Assembly (NCBI GenBank): GCA_028534125.1
Contig: CM052817.1
Coordinates: 64,978,001 to 65,042,000, forward strand
Length of the DNA stretch: 64,000 nt
DNA from: Lama glama
Lineage: Eukaryota
Direction: 5' to 3'
This document shows positions 46,601 through 61,288 of the stretch, piece after piece. The position numbers and the translations under genes were made by a program. Every line of letters starts with the position of its first letter. The first letter of the stretch is position 1. A model generated the notes under the pieces. It was not told the DNA's origin and ran no database searches. It saw only the letters and a list, made by a program, of their open reading frames with translations.

Positions 46601-47300
46601 AAGAAGTTATGGAGCAGAATTCACACCCAAGACATCTGGCTCCAGAGCTTGACTTGCAACTGTTGTGCTGCAGAGCCTGGCTGACCTCCATGCTCGGACT
46701 CTCCGCAGCACTAGATGCTCGATTAGAGGGAACAACACATCCGAGGCAACTTTGTCTGCTGACTACAAATAAACCATAAAACCATTTCTTGGTTTTGTTT
46801 TGTTTTATATCATCAATCTGTGTACACATTATGTATATTCACGGATTAAGGAACATGAGCCTATAAATAAAAGAAAGTAAAACATAATTGTCTCCTTCAG
46901 GCAAGCAGAATATTTTCATTGCCTCATTTCAATATTGGGTTGACTTTTGCCTTGGACAAGAAACCTGGAACACTACCTCCAGCACCATGGGCCATGCACA
47001 CTCCATAGCTGAACAGAACACAGAGTTTCTGCCCATCAAGGCAATTATAGTCTAAGAAAGACTTTTTCCAGCACTTTCCATATGGCCCTGTCTGTCATGA
47101 CAACTCAACAGATTTCAACAATTCCTTCCTGCAGTTGGCAAAGTACAAAATTGGAAGGTCAGATGCCCTGGATGTGGGTTAAAGCATGATTGTTCAATGC
47201 CTTAAGCTCTGGAAACTTAACTTCCAGTGTCTTGCTTCCTTTAGGGAGCACCACCCTAGCCAAAGCTCCCCAGCAAAGAGAGGTTCATCTGAAAAGAGGT

Positions 47301-47640
47301 ACTTACCTCCAAAATATCTGTGTGGCTCCTTTTCTCTCTTCTAAGTGAATGCCAGTGTAGGAAAAAAAAATTGTAGAAAGGTGTTTTTCAAATAAAGTCA
47401 ATTTCCAAAAAGTGGCGTTTAATTCAAACCACAAATTCTGTTTAAAAATCAAATAAGCAGAGAATTTGGAGTAGGACAGACTCTATCAAAAGATTAAAAA
47501 AAAGAAATTCATAAATGGAAAAACAATGACCAATTGCAGGGAAAAATAAAAGAATGAGGAACACCAAACTTCTGCCCTCCAGCATTTTCAGAGTTCTGGG
47601 TCAGTATGTGTTACTATGAAATGCTCTCAATTCTGCTGAG
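47301..47640 (-). other. C4orf54: Candidate non-coding first exon of C4orf54 with donor GAG|GTAAGT (intron starts at 47306); 5' end uncertain
   Basis: Consensus donor on the - strand 2.7 kb upstream of the acceptor at 44612, in repeat-poor sequence. The 5' boundary is a guess. Confidence 0.5.
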
Positions 47641-48421
47641 ATCATTTTTGGTCATTCATTAGCCACAGAGCCTTTTATTCCTGAATATGACTACAGTCAT
47701 CTATTTTTTTTTTTTTAAAGATGAACTCAGGGATTGCCTACCTGATCTCAGCTCTTGAGCAACTGAAGTGACTAATAACACCAGTATTAACCCACGTTAA
47801 GCAAGCATACTTGCTAGACCAGGCAAGGTATACTCAGTTGATAACTTTATATGGAAATTCAAAGAGCAACAAAGGAAATGACTCAGCATCATTATTTTTA
47901 TCTCTGCAGAGAAAGTTTCTTAGCATTTCCCGAAAGTCTCGTGAGATGTGTCATAGTATAGAAAACTTTAACATGATTAAAGAATTAAGAATGAAGGGCA
48001 GGCCATCCACCAGCTGGTGAATAGGTGTGGTTATATGTCAAGTCTCTGACAGTGGCACAGTATGATCAACAAATATCTCATTCAGAAGGAAGAACAACTT
48101 CACAGGTGGAGACTGTAAGACCCGAAATGAAGAGAAGGGTTTAAACTCTAACTCAAACTAGGAATCAGGCAAAGAATTTTTCAAACACAGACATTCTCAG
48201 GATTCTCTGAGGTGCAATAGGAGAGTTTCTGATCACTTTAAATTTTGCGTAAGACTTTCCATAAACATCTCTCCACCTATTCACACACACATTGATGAGA
48301 ACAAGGCTTTTCTGTTGGCCACTGCTTTTAATGCCTAGAGTGTGACCAGCTGTTTCTCCTCCTGGCCCAAGTTGACACAGTAAGAATTACTTACGAAGGA
48401 AAGGCATCATGTTGCTGTTGT

Positions 48422-48478
<57 letters not shown>
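48422..48478. repeat. (TAA)n microsatellite
   Basis: Direct reading. Other simple repeats: (CAAA)n ~17217-17240, (TA)n ~28298-28321 and ~32597-32617, (TG)n ~38493-38516. Confidence 0.95.
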
Positions 48479-50779
48479 TTTTGCTGGAAGTGTCAAATAG
48501 TGCCTATTTAGTTGCTGACATAAATGTTTTACATCCTTTTAGCTTATTAAGTCCCCTCAAAAACACCATGAGAGGGCAATTATTATTCCTATTTTATGGA
48601 TAAAAAATTGAGATTGAATGAAGACAGGTAAACTGGATTACTCTTCACAATTTGTAAGCACTGGAGCGCTGACAACCTGGCTCCAAGGGACTCAAGCTCA
48701 CACTTCGTTGATGACTGAGCTTTCAGTCCGTGAGTGGAAGTCACAGGCTCTTTCCCATGCTGGCCAGTTAGCTGCTCAGCAGCCTCCACCAGCTGCCTGC
48801 TCACAGGAGCAGCTGGTCTCCATGGAGTCCAAGGAAACGGAGTGGCAGGATTAGCGTAAAATTATCCCTGTGAATAGAAAACAACATGCACCATGAGGAT
48901 GAATAGTAGCATTATCTTCTGGTGCAAAGAAGAGCACGTTATCACTGAATCGTGCCTTGCACATCGTAGATGCAACCTCTTAGCTATGCCCTTAAAACTT
49001 GGAAGGACAGGAAGGAACAGTTCACCACCAGAAATAAAACTTTCACAGACACCCAAGCCCGCACACAGAGGGCAGAGGTGGTGCAAAGTGTCCTTCACTT
49101 TTCCCCTTGAATCAGGATGTGTGTCAGAGGGTTGCTCCTCTCAGGTGTCCCTTTCTCCCTCTCTCGATGATCTCCTAAACATTTTGCCCTTCCTTTCTCC
49201 AAACCCACCCCCTCTTCTGACAGAAGTTTCCATCTCATTCTCTCTTGATGGAGTAGTGGAGTTTTTGGTGTTTCGGATCTTACTGGATAAAGAAAAATGA
49301 TTTCTTCCAACCAGCCTCAAAGTGAAACATGGACAGGGTGAATAAATCTTCCTCTATGTATTACTGCCCCTTCAAAAAGCCTAACTGGAAATGTTTGTCC
49401 ATCTTACCTGAGACGTCCATCTGTTATCCCAGCCTGTAGGAGGCAGGAGCCTGAGAGGCGAGTTGCTAAGGTTGGGAGAGCAGGTCAGGGAAGATGTTTC
49501 TTTAGGCCTTCACAAGTTACTGTAAGTTTTTTTCTGGTTCGTGTTGAAACAAAATTTAAATAATCAGTCAACTCAGCTGCTTGTCTACAGAATAACACAA
49601 ATATTTATTTCTGAGACTTTAGAAAGGATTTTTTTTCCCTTTTAATTCTTGATATTGCATTTGGGGGCTAAAATCATGTTTTGTGTTACTTTGAAAAATA
49701 TTTCTTCTCCCCACATTTCCGATTTTAGACTGCAGCAATTTCCAACAGGAGCCTTTAGAGATATACTCAGTATTTTATTTTTCAGCATTCCATTTTCTAT
49801 ACATTTTTGAAATCATGAAAATTGTTTAAATATCTCATCTTCCTTGCTGCAGATTGCACATTCAAATCTGCTCAAAACTGGAGTACTGAGATGCAAATTA
49901 AGCAACTTTTTAAGAAAACAACCTGACTATTTTCTGTCATACATAAGAAGACCATTAGGGTTTAATAATATATGGACAGAAATGTTTACTGCAGCCTATC
50001 ACGATGGCAAAAAGATTGGAAACCACCTAAATATCAACAAGAGCAGGGCGGCTGATTGATTACGACGCATGCACACCACGGCTCACTGTACGCTCATTCA
50101 TTCTGCAGACACTAAACGAACAAAAACGTATGTTCCAATCTAGCAAGATATTTCATGAAAAGAAATTATAGAATAAAATGTATCAGTGTGATTCTATTTC
50201 AAAAACAACAATAGTAAAACTCAGTAAGTGAACTTAAAGTTGTATCAACAAAATATATAGAAGCATAACACCAAACTAACATTGTTTTTGTGTATATGGA
50301 AGGTAAGACTGAATAGTTAATAAATTTTCCTTTATGCAGCCCAGTGTTGTTTGAACGGCTACAACAAACATGTTTTTCTTTTATAATTAAAAAAATAGAT
50401 TTATTTTGGAAAAACTTGATTTCCTCTGTGAACTTTCCTTAAGTTAAGCCCATTCAGCTTCAGATGGAAGCAAAGACAACTCATACTGCAGTAGACCGAA
50501 GAGGCTTTTGAGCTCTACTTCCAAATTGTACTAATGCAGGAAGTGAAGTTCAGACAACGTACGTGTCTTGCCCAAGGCCACACAGCGAGGAGGGGATGAG
50601 AACTAGAATCTATTTTCCTGACTCCAAATTCAGTGCTTATTCCTGTGTTGCTCAAACTTTGTCACCAAAGTGACCAGAGGGAATAGGAGACTTAATTGCA
50701 TTCTCAAAAACCTGGGGTATGTTCCTAGAATGACAGATAATTTTGTGGTGGCATTATGCTTTACCTTAAGAACTGATGT

Positions 50780-51125
50780 CGATTAAATAGCCGCACTACT
50801 GCCACATGCAACAATACAGGTGAATCTTACAAACAAAATGTTAGGAAAAGAAGCCAACTGCAGAGAGAACATACTAAGTGAATATATTTATATAAAAATC
50901 TAAACCAGGACAAATGAACCACTGGTGTTGAAAGTCAGGATGGTGGTGACCTTTGGGGGCAGTGTCAGAGAAGAGCCAGTGAGGGCTCTGGAGTGCTGTA
51001 AGTTCCATTTCTCCACCCGAGTGCTGGTTACTTGGACGTGTTTGCTTTGTGAAATTATACCAAGCTGGATGCTTATGATTGTTCACTTTTCTGTACACAT
51101 GGTATGCAATATGTTCATTAAAAGA
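50780..51125 (+). mobile_element. Old L1 (L1ME/MC) 3' fragment
   Basis: gtgaatcttacaaacaaaatgtt...gaagcca...aagtcaggatggtggtgacctttggg...gtgaaattataccaagctg. Confidence 0.6.
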
Positions 51126-52499
51126 TTACTGTGAGGTTTACAACCGTAATATGCCCATATCTGTTTTCTTATACATCTTTTCAAGTCTTGAAATAAAGTT
51201 GGTAGTTTATAGAAACATGCAGTATGTGTTTTATCACTTCACATTCCACTCGGCGAACTCCAGGGTGTCTCCAGTGGGGCCAGTACCGCTGGTGGTGATG
51301 AGATGCAGGTGTCATGGCCATCTCTGGCTGCAGCAATAAGTCAGAATACCGTGTGCCAGTCTACAGAGAGTTGCCGAGCTAGGACACTGGAGTTACACTG
51401 CTTGTGTTCGAATGACTCCACTTCTCCTAGACTTACAACAAGTGGTTTAAATTCCCCTTACCAGCCTAGGGTACACGTCAATAGAGCTGTGAACACTGAA
51501 TTAGATAATTCACTTAAAGCCCTTAGCACAGGGCCTGGCCCATAATAAGCAGGGAAAAAATGTTAATTGTTGCTAACTATTGTTATGCTTTGTGGAAATT
51601 TTAACCCTTCTCTACCTACAAGTGTATCTCCCATCCCCATCGCCCTAACAAGGACACCACTCATTGCTTTATATGCAACAAATGCTCAGTGGTTTTACAT
51701 TGAATTGAATCCAGTGATTCCCCATGGTCTACAGGAGAAAGTCCAGTTTCCTAGTTTTCATTTAAGGTTGTCCCTCACTTCAGTCCCCACCTATTTTCCA
51801 GCTTCAGTTTCTTCATTGTTCTGTATTAATCCCCTGTCCTGATCACACATGTCTAAAACCATTTCCAGGCATGCTCTGCAGTTTTGTATCTCAGAATGTT
51901 TCTTTGCTTATGTCTTGCACTGTCCCCACTTTCTGAAATATCCTTCCTCCTTCTATAATTTAAGCAATCTTTTAAGGCCATGATTAAATTGATTTCCTAT
52001 GGCAATGCTTCTAATCTTTTTTGATTCACAAAATCCTTCGAGAATATGAAAATTGCAATTTGACAATTCTCCCTCTTAGGAAAAAAATATGTGCATATAT
52101 GCAAACCATCCAGTTCTGGAGGTTTCATAATCCAATCCTGGGCCAGCCCCACATCTGCGGTCCTTAGACTATCATCACCATTACGAAGTGACTCATTCTC
52201 AACACCCAACAGTCTCTGGATAAATAAATCGGCCCTCCTGCTGACATTTACTTTCACTTTCGTGTGTTATTTTTCTCACACTCAGAATGTGAGGTTTTTG
52301 AGGACAAAGGCTTTGTCTCATACCTCTGCCCACAATGACTATACAGTATGCCTTGCATGTTGTGAGTCCAAGTACAAATGTGTTGACTAACTGTTCCCTT
52401 ATCATCTATATTCTCCCCTCAAGATGCTCTCATCCTGGCCTATAGTCTCAAACACCTTACTCTGGCTGGTGTCCGCCAATATTATGCCTTCTGCCCTCA

Positions 52500-53530
52500 G
52501 TTCTGGATGCATATACCCCATATATGTTTTCATATGGATGTCCAATAGGGATCACAGAGGTACCATGTCAAGAAGGGAATTCATGGTTTATTCACACTGC
52601 CCTCCCCTTTCCCCAGTCTTATTTCTATCACAGGGTTTTCCATTTCAATAGTGGCACTTCCATTAATTGAGAGCTGGGTCCTCCCTTTTACTCTGCTCAT
52701 CCTCATCCCATTCAGTAATATGTCCTCTCAAATCAGTTTCCAAAATACATGCCAAAGCCAACCCCTGTCTCCATCTCCAGAGCTACCACGATGGCCCAAG
52801 CCTCATCATTCTCACGAGGCCTCCAAACTGCTCTCCCTGCTCCCTCTTGGCCCCTCTGAAGTCCATTCTCCAGCTGCCAGTGTTTTAACAATACAAATCA
52901 GTGCTGCCACTCCCTCTCTTAAAACCCTTTGCACTGCGCTAACAACGAGGTTCAAACTACACGTGACCTGGCTCCCACCTGCATCTCCAGGCATGCTTCT
53001 TTGGTGCTCCTCCAGAAACAAACTCTTCCCTGCCTCAGGCTATCAGTCTGTCTGAAAAACCCTTTTTCCTTTCCCCTGGCTCTTAAATACCCAGCTTCTC
53101 CTTATCCTTCTTATTTTAGCTTAATCTTCATTTCCTCACAAGATCTTCCCTGATCATCATACCTTAAGGAGCTTCACAATGACCACGTGTCTCATCACTC
53201 TGTATGTTTCATTCCTGTCCTTTCCAGTCCAGTTACCTTTATAAAACTGTTGTCTTTATTTCCCATATTTCTCACCAGAATATAAAGTCTCTGCAGACAG
53301 GGGTCATGTCTGACTGATTGCTTTAACCCCAACTAACATCTAGGAAAATATAAGCTCCACAAGCACAGAGATTTTTTTCTCCTTCCTTCCATCCTTCCTT
53401 CCTCCCTTCCTTCCTTCCTCCCTCCCTTTGTTCTCTAATATTGTCCCCAGTGTCCAAAAAAGGCCTGCCACATAGTAAGCACACAACAAATCTTTGCTGA
53501 CCATTGAATCCTACTCTTTGTAGGGACTCA
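52500..53530 (+). mobile_element. L2 fragment(s)
   Basis: Pyrimidine-rich L2 body ending in cctgccacatagtaagcacacaacaaatctttgctga. Confidence 0.65.
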
Positions 53531-54840
53531 GTAAATGCTATTTTGCCTGCGTTATTGTATCTATCAATAAATAATTAAATCATTACTTTTGGATAACTGG
53601 AGAAAACCTAGCAACGTTATTCAGGGAAAATCCTCCTTAAATGAATAACTAAAAATGATTTATAACTGACGTATCAAAGCATTATGATCTATGGGTATTA
53701 TTAACACATTGTTTATAAAAGGTTGTATCCCAAGTCCTTAGAAACGCTTAATACTCAAAAGTTGGTAAGCAGTCCCCTTGGTATCTTGTTTATCTTAAAA
53801 ATTTGCATGATAAAAAACTTAAAAATAAAGCAAAGATAAACTTCTACATATGTTATCACATAATATAAATTCAGAATGAATAAATCCTAAAATCATGACT
53901 GTTGTACATAGTTCAACTCAACAATTGAGGTAAATTCAGAAGTGGCCTCTCTGGAATATGCCATCACATTTCATTAAACCATCACTGCCTCTAACAAAAT
54001 CCTCTGCTGTCTGTACACTGGCCCATGACACCATGCAAGAGCTTCCCGGGTCAAAAGATATCTCTGAATACAGAGACTTTAAAAGGTCAGGGGTCATTAA
54101 TCGAGAATGACTGTCTCCTTTCAGCTCAGAAAGCTGACCATTTTCTGCCAGCAGCCCCGGATGATGAAGGGTGCCAGGAGGTGTAACTGCCACTGCTGAG
54201 CATCCAGGCTTAGTGGGATTACAAAGGAAGGAGAAATTAGCCAGATACATTTCAGGCCCGCAGACCCTTCTTGTATTTATAACAACATGTTTTCCTAGTA
54301 ACAGTTTATTTTGCTGAAAACATTTAATAAAAACTCTCAGAGCCTCTTAGGGAGAAGATGGTTTCACATTCCCTAGTCAAGCACCTGCCTGACTTTAATG
54401 TGCTACTATTTTAGTCACTGGAAACATATACCCCCTTCCATTAGACTCAAGTTGGTCTCTGTGTAATTACCATGCTTACAGCCCCTAAGAACAGAAATAG
54501 GTGCAGAGGATTTTTCTGGCTAAGTCTGGTGAACCATCCCCTCTCAAGCCCCCAGCGGCTAGGGAAGCAAACTCATGGGAAAGAATACCACTTCTAACTC
54601 AACACAACACACTGCTAATATGAGAGCCCACAAGACATTTTCTCCCTGACTTTGATACGTGCTCTCCCAGTTTTGAAAGTTCTTCTCACCGGAGTTTTCT
54701 GCCAACTGTCTTAGCGTAACTAAAGCAACCTCTGTACAGTTACGGATAAGACCTAACAGACTGATCAAAAACAGATTTGGATTAATACCTGGGACCAGGA
54801 GGCATCCATCTTTTGGGCCTTCTTGCTCACTGAATGGCCA

Positions 54841-54977
54841 TTTTTAAAATTAATTAATTAAATTTAGGGGGAGGTAATTAGGTTTGTTTATTTATTTTTT
54901 AATGGAGATACCGGGGATTGAGCCCAGAACCTCATGCATGTTAAGCACACGCTCTACCACTGAGCTATATCTTCCCC
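54841..54977 (-). mobile_element. tRNA-derived SINE (Vic-1-like)
   Basis: Reverse complement of the same consensus (ggtaattaggtttgttt...ctctaccactgagctata). Confidence 0.85.
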
Positions 54978-57275
54978 TGTGAAAGGCTGTTTTAATTCAC
55001 AGTGGTTTGGCTTCTAAGACTATTCTGAAAGTCAAAAGACAAGTAAGGTCAAAATTACTCTTGGAAATCTCTTAAATTGCCCATAACTTCTGATTTCAGG
55101 TTTTTGAACATACAATCTGTATAACATAATATGTGAATCACATGATTATGTACAATATACAATTTATAAGTTCACGTGCTTGTTCAGTATATAATAAAAA
55201 ACATTCATGCAAAATAACATTTGATAACATTTTATTTTCCAGGCTCCCACCCCCACAAATAGAGTGGTTGAATTTGTGTAAATCAAATTTACTGGAATTG
55301 AAGACTCTTTACTTCAGCAATTGGAGATACCTTTTGGCCTCTGAATTCTATCCCAAAGCCTTGCTTTCTGCTCTGTGCTTGAAATAAGCCCTTTGTGTAC
55401 CTTAGATATTATTCCCATGGAAAAACTTCAATGAATATCAATGGCTTAACTTAAACAAAAAAAGTAGTCACAAGAAACTTGTATTTGGACCCCAATGACT
55501 TGTCTGATTATCTAGAAGGGCAGGCAGTTTTTCCTTCCCAGCCAGAGCCCTGATCTTTTCAAATTCTTACCTGTTGTTTGCTGCCTTTCTTCTATAAAAA
55601 TGATTCATTCACTGATTGGTTTTTGGTGTAGTACCTGAGGTTGGTTTTTTTTTTTAAGCTATTAAATGCTCCATTTCTAATACTGTTAGTATGAAATCAA
55701 TTTAAAAATTTTTGAAATGGCTGAAGTGAGTGCTTCGTGGATGTGGATATTTGTATGTGTGGTGGGAGTGGAGGGTGAGGAGGACTGGATTTCGCAATCT
55801 CTAAGCAGAGTGGACCTCTCAGAATGGACCTCCAGACCACATGTATTCCCTTTTGCTGTGCATGGATGTGTTTTCCTCAGTTCTCACTTTGCAGAATTTC
55901 ATGATTTAAAGTTCGGCTCTCACTGCTACTGGCATGAAGAAGACCATGCTGAGGGCTCCATGGAGAGAGTGAGAATTCTCTCTCTGGTGTCTGACGGATG
56001 GAAAATGTGAACACTCTTCATGAGACACCAGGCAACTCTGAAACCTGGGCTAACCATAGCTAGCAGAGTGAGAGTGAGGACTAAAGGAGGTTAAACATGA
56101 ACGTGTCAAGCACCTAAAATACTGCCCAGCATACAGGGAGTCCTCCATTGTTGTTGGTATTGCTTCATTGCTGGTCTCATGACAACACACATTCTGGGAA
56201 TGAGTTTAGACTTTTTGGAACCATCTAGCTACGAGTTTTATGACTCACTATTCCAGGACACTCCAAAGATATATAAAAGGCAGGTGGAGTTCATCCTTAA
56301 CACTAGATATCCATTGGAAACAAAGATTCAGTGAAGCCTTTTATCTTGAATAGCCTTCTTTGGGGAGGAAAAAGTACGCTTGTGATTTCCCTGTTGGAGA
56401 ATGAGTAGAAATCTGGAGGAAGCAAGACTCTATACGTTATTTAGTTCAACCTACTTAGTGTAAAACTGATAAAACTGAGAGTAAGAGAGGCACCAAAATA
56501 ACGGGCACTTACCACTACCAGTAGGTCTACACTACCAGCAGGTCTTCTTCCCTGTTTGTCAAATTCCATGGGGAAAGGAAAACTAAAATCATGTTTAACC
56601 ATGAGATTAAAACACATCCCAATCTTTAAAGAGTGTGAACTCTATGTGTCTTTTTAAATCAGTCCTACTATGAAGATTTAACTAAACACTACAAAGTGTT
56701 TGGCTACTTGGCCAAAGCTCTAGTTATACATTTTCATAAAGAGCTGAATAGTTGAACAATTTATGCATTTTCATTATCTAGTTAATAACAAGTAATCTAC
56801 CTGCAAAAGAGTAACCAATAGGGATATAAATAATCATCAAAATTAGATTTATTGCTAAATTTTTGCCTTAATTGACTCAGTAGTTAGTGCTTCTGTCATG
56901 AGAATACCTGCAACATATTGTAGGTTATGAAAGGGGGAGTGAAGAAGCTGGAAAAATAGGTATGTTGTAAAATTAAATAAACATTATAGATGTAATTGCA
57001 CAAGTACAAGAAATACAGAGTGATAACTGAGACCACTGTAATATAGAACTGAAAAGGTTCTGTCTTTTACCTTGTAAGGAATTTTCCTAAGTTGAAAACA
57101 AGATTTTTACCTTCTCCGTCATCCTCATCATCACATTGTCACTACCATCATCACCATCACCATCATCATTAAAACCATTTAATGAGTAGCTTTTATGAAC
57201 CGGCCATGTGCTAAGTGTTCTATATATATTATCTGATTAATCAGTCTTCGGGCTTAGGCCCTTATTTTAACCATG

Positions 57276-57443
57276 TTTTAAAATTGCAGTATAGTTCATT
57301 TACAATGTTGTGTTGATTTCAGGTGTACAGCAAGGTGATTCAGTTATACATATACATGTGTATCTGTTCTTTTTCAGATTCTTTTCCATTATAGGTTATC
57401 ATAAGATGTTGAATATAGTTCCCTGTGTTATACGTAGGTCCTT
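57276..57443 (-). mobile_element. L1 3' end, antisense, inserted in a MIR
   Basis: gtatagttcatttacaatgttgtg...ttgaatatagttccctgtgttatacgtaggtccttg. Confidence 0.8.
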
Positions 57444-57755
57444 GGGCTAGGTTCTTTTTATAATTATGATGCTGACAGGAAAACTGAGGCACATCTTTCC
57501 TAAGGTCATACTGCTAATAAGTGGTGGTAGGACAGTGATTTAACTAAAATCTGTTAATTCAAAAGCCTAGCTTCTGAGTCACTAAGCTCCACTGTGAAAA
57601 TCTGATAAATCTCAAGGTAAAGGGGGTCAAAGTTCTGGAACTCTGAAAACATGGAAATTAAACTGTATATGAGAGACCAGTTAAGTAAAGTTGATGACTT
57701 TGTTAGTGCTCTAGGGTTTGAGGGAGGATTGTAATTTCAAGTTCTGTATGACCTT

Positions 57756-58293
57756 GTATTCATTATCAATTACTGCGTAACATATTATGCCGCAACTTAA
57801 GGGCTTAAAATAACATATGTTTATTATTCTACACAATTTCTGTGGGTCAGGAATTTGGCTGCTGCTTAGCTGAAGTGTCCTGGCTCAGGATCTCTCGTGA
57901 GGTTGCAGTGAAGATGTTGGGGAAGGCTGAATGGATAGGAAGGCTTAGCTGGGGCTGGAGAATCCACTTCCAAGATGGCTTACTCACACACTGGAAATAA
58001 AATTCAGTCCCTTACTGGTAGCTGGTAGGAGGCCTCAGTTCCTGACCATGTGGGCATCTCCATAGGGCCGGCTGAGTGTCTTCCTAACATGGCATTCGAC
58101 TTCTCCAGAGTGACTGATCCAAGAGTGAGAAACCAAGACAGAAACCAGGATGTCTGTCATGACCTAGCTTTGGAAGTCATATAGCGTCACTTCTGCCTCA
58201 TTCTATCGATCATGACATGGGTGGGAACTACATAAGAGTGTAAATTCTAGAAGGTAGAGATCACTTAGGGCCATTTTGGAGGCTGTTTACCAC
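57756..58293 (-). mobile_element. MLT1 (MaLR) solo LTR
   Basis: ctgcgtaacatattatgccgcaacttaagggcttaaaataac...tctgtgggtcaggaatttgg...gcttagctgg...ccacttccaagatggct. Confidence 0.8.
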
Positions 58294-59489
58294 AGACACC
58301 TTCCAAAAATTTTCCATCATTGTCAACTTAAGTAAATGATAAATTTTACACACAGTTTCTATTAAGATGCCTAACCTAGTCACTGGGACCATTCTTGGGT
58401 ATTGTTGTTTATTTTCAGGAAACTTTTATGAAATATTTGGACTAAAGAACATGGACAGAGAGAGCTGGTTTGAATTTTCTCTCTGGATAGAATCCTTTAG
58501 CAGTCATTATTCAACAACCTTACATTCTTATCCCATCATTCCTTTATTTTTCCAGGAGATTTAGATCCTGGAGTCTATCACCATCATCATTATTATCGTC
58601 TTAGCTTGGTGTTGAATGCAGCTATAACAAACATAAGGGCCAACATAAGTCCCCGAGAAATACTCCTTATTGTGTCTCTTTGGATGACAAACATCTATTA
58701 GGAATCCACTTGACCTTTTTTTCATCTCTGTGCCCCTAGCATTAGAGCATATTCCGGCATATAGTGATGCAAATAAGATGAATGTTAATGCTGCTCCCAG
58801 TGACAAGAACTTAGTGGAAGTTCTTATGTGGGATGATTTTGGAAGGAGAAAGTTCCAAAACAGCTTCAAAGGAATTCAGAGGAAGACTAGGGATATAGAA
58901 CTCTCCACGGAAGTCACATGACCACTAAGCGAAGCTAGGCCTTGCGGCCAGCTCAAGACATGAAGGGTCCCAGCTTCTTGGAAAGGTAGAGCCAACGATG
59001 GCATCCAGGTTGGTGAGTCTGCCTCAGGAAAAATGAAACAGAGTGGGTTGAAGGGAAGAAGGAAATGTGGTATGATCTGTGCACCAAGAAAGCTTTGCCA
59101 ACACCTAAATCTATGCTAAGCTCTTTGACACTTGTATCTGGTCCCCTCTAAAGCCAGGACAAATCTAGTAGTAATAGGACAGTAATAGTACCATGAGGAT
59201 AATATCAGGGTAGAAACGGTCAGGGTCAGAGAGCTGGGAGGGATCTGTATTCGAGGCATCTAGAGTCAATGTGGCTGGGACACGTAGTCATTTATTTAAA
59301 GGAGTCAAAGTTGTAACCATGGAGATGGAGCCAAGCACAGAGTCCAAAGCTGATGTGAAGACACACATGAGAAAACAGCCAGGTAGACGGGCAGAAGGAT
59401 AAGAAGCAAGGCAGAAACAAAAACAGGTTGGGGAACCTGGTTCTGAAACAGAGACTGCAAATGGCTGACTCCAATCAAGCTTTACATTT

Positions 59490-60788
59490 ACCACTCCACC
59501 AAAACTGCTCTTGTAAGAGTTAGCAACGAGTCCTGGGATTTAGCTGCACATTGTTAAATACAAAGGCCAATTCTCTACCTTTTTCAGCAGCCTTGGACAC
59601 AGCTGATCATTCTTTCTTCCTTGATTATAACTTCCTTCATTTGGCTTCCAGGAAACTGCATGGCCTGGCGTTCCTCCTACGTTCCTGATCCCTCCTTCTC
59701 AGTCTTTAGTGATTGTTTCTTTTCTTTCTCAGTTCATGTTCTTTTCTTCTCCATAAGTACATATTCACTTTGTGATTTCACCCAATACTATTCAGTACTT
59801 TCAGTACAATTTACATACCAATAATTTCCAAACACATTGCTCCATCCTGACCTCTCCTGTGAACTCAGATTCATGTCTCTGCTGGGGTATCTGATAGACA
59901 TCTCAAATTTCATATGTCCAAACAGAGCTCCTTATCTTAGCCCCAAATCTGTTTTACTTGCCGTCTTTCCCATTTCAACTGATGGAAGTGCCGCCCTTCT
60001 AGTTGCTCAGGACAAAATCCTTGGCATCATCTCTGAATCCTCTCATCCTCTCACCTCACGGCCTACCCATCAGCAAATCCCTTCGGTTCCACCCTCCCCA
60101 TAGATCCGGAACCCTACCTCTCTCACCATCCCCTGCTTCTCCCCCTGCTCTTAGCCTCCATCGTCTTCTTCCTGGGTTACTGAAGCAGTCTCCTAGGCAT
60201 TCATCCTGCTTCAACTTTCCCCCTGCCATCCAGCCCCAGCATAGCAGCCAGATTGTTCCTTTTTCAAGTGTTAAGTCAGAGCAGGGCATTTCTCTGTTCA
60301 AAACCCCTTCCCCACGGAATAAAATCCAGATTCCTCGTCATACCCAGACAGACTCTTTATGAGCTGATCCTCCTTCTTTCTCTGGCTTCATCTTTCTGTC
60401 CTGCTCGCTCTCTGCTCCAGCCATAATGGTCTCTTTGCTGTTTTTAAAAACATGAGGTGCTTTCCACTTTGGCGGTTGGCATTGGCTGTTCCCTCTGCCT
60501 GTAACACTCTTCTCCAGTCATCCCGCCCCTTCTTCAAGTTTTGCTATAATGTCAATTTCTCAACGAGGTCCACCCTGGTCGCCCTATTTAAAATGTAAAC
60601 CTGCTCCCAACTCCTCCGCTCCTGACGGACTTTCACTGCACAGATTGTGAAATAGTACTTACTACTTTCTAATAGACTATAAAATTTACTTATTTATATT
60701 TGTTTCTTATGTTTTTCATTGTCTTCACTGCTAGAAAATGAACTCAACGAGAGCAGGGGTTTCCGCATGTTTTGTTTACTCACATTTC
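59490..60788 (+). mobile_element. L2 (L2a-like) element, truncated by the assembly gap
   Basis: ccaaaactgctcttg...ttggacacagctgatca...ttgctcaggacaaaatccttggcatcatc...gctgttccctctgcctg. Confidence 0.8.
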
Positions 60789-61288
60789 NNNNNNNNNNNN
60801 NNNNNNNNNNNNNNNNNNNNNNNNNNNNNNNNNNNNNNNNNNNNNNNNNNNNNNNNNNNNNNNNNNNNNNNNNNNNNNNNNNNNNNNNNNNNNNNNNNNN
60901 NNNNNNNNNNNNNNNNNNNNNNNNNNNNNNNNNNNNNNNNNNNNNNNNNNNNNNNNNNNNNNNNNNNNNNNNNNNNNNNNNNNNNNNNNNNNNNNNNNNN
61001 NNNNNNNNNNNNNNNNNNNNNNNNNNNNNNNNNNNNNNNNNNNNNNNNNNNNNNNNNNNNNNNNNNNNNNNNNNNNNNNNNNNNNNNNNNNNNNNNNNNN
61101 NNNNNNNNNNNNNNNNNNNNNNNNNNNNNNNNNNNNNNNNNNNNNNNNNNNNNNNNNNNNNNNNNNNNNNNNNNNNNNNNNNNNNNNNNNNNNNNNNNNN
61201 NNNNNNNNNNNNNNNNNNNNNNNNNNNNNNNNNNNNNNNNNNNNNNNNNNNNNNNNNNNNNNNNNNNNNNNNNNNNNNNNNNNNNNNN
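60789..61288. other. Assembly gap, exactly 500 N
   Basis: Direct reading. Confidence 0.99.
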
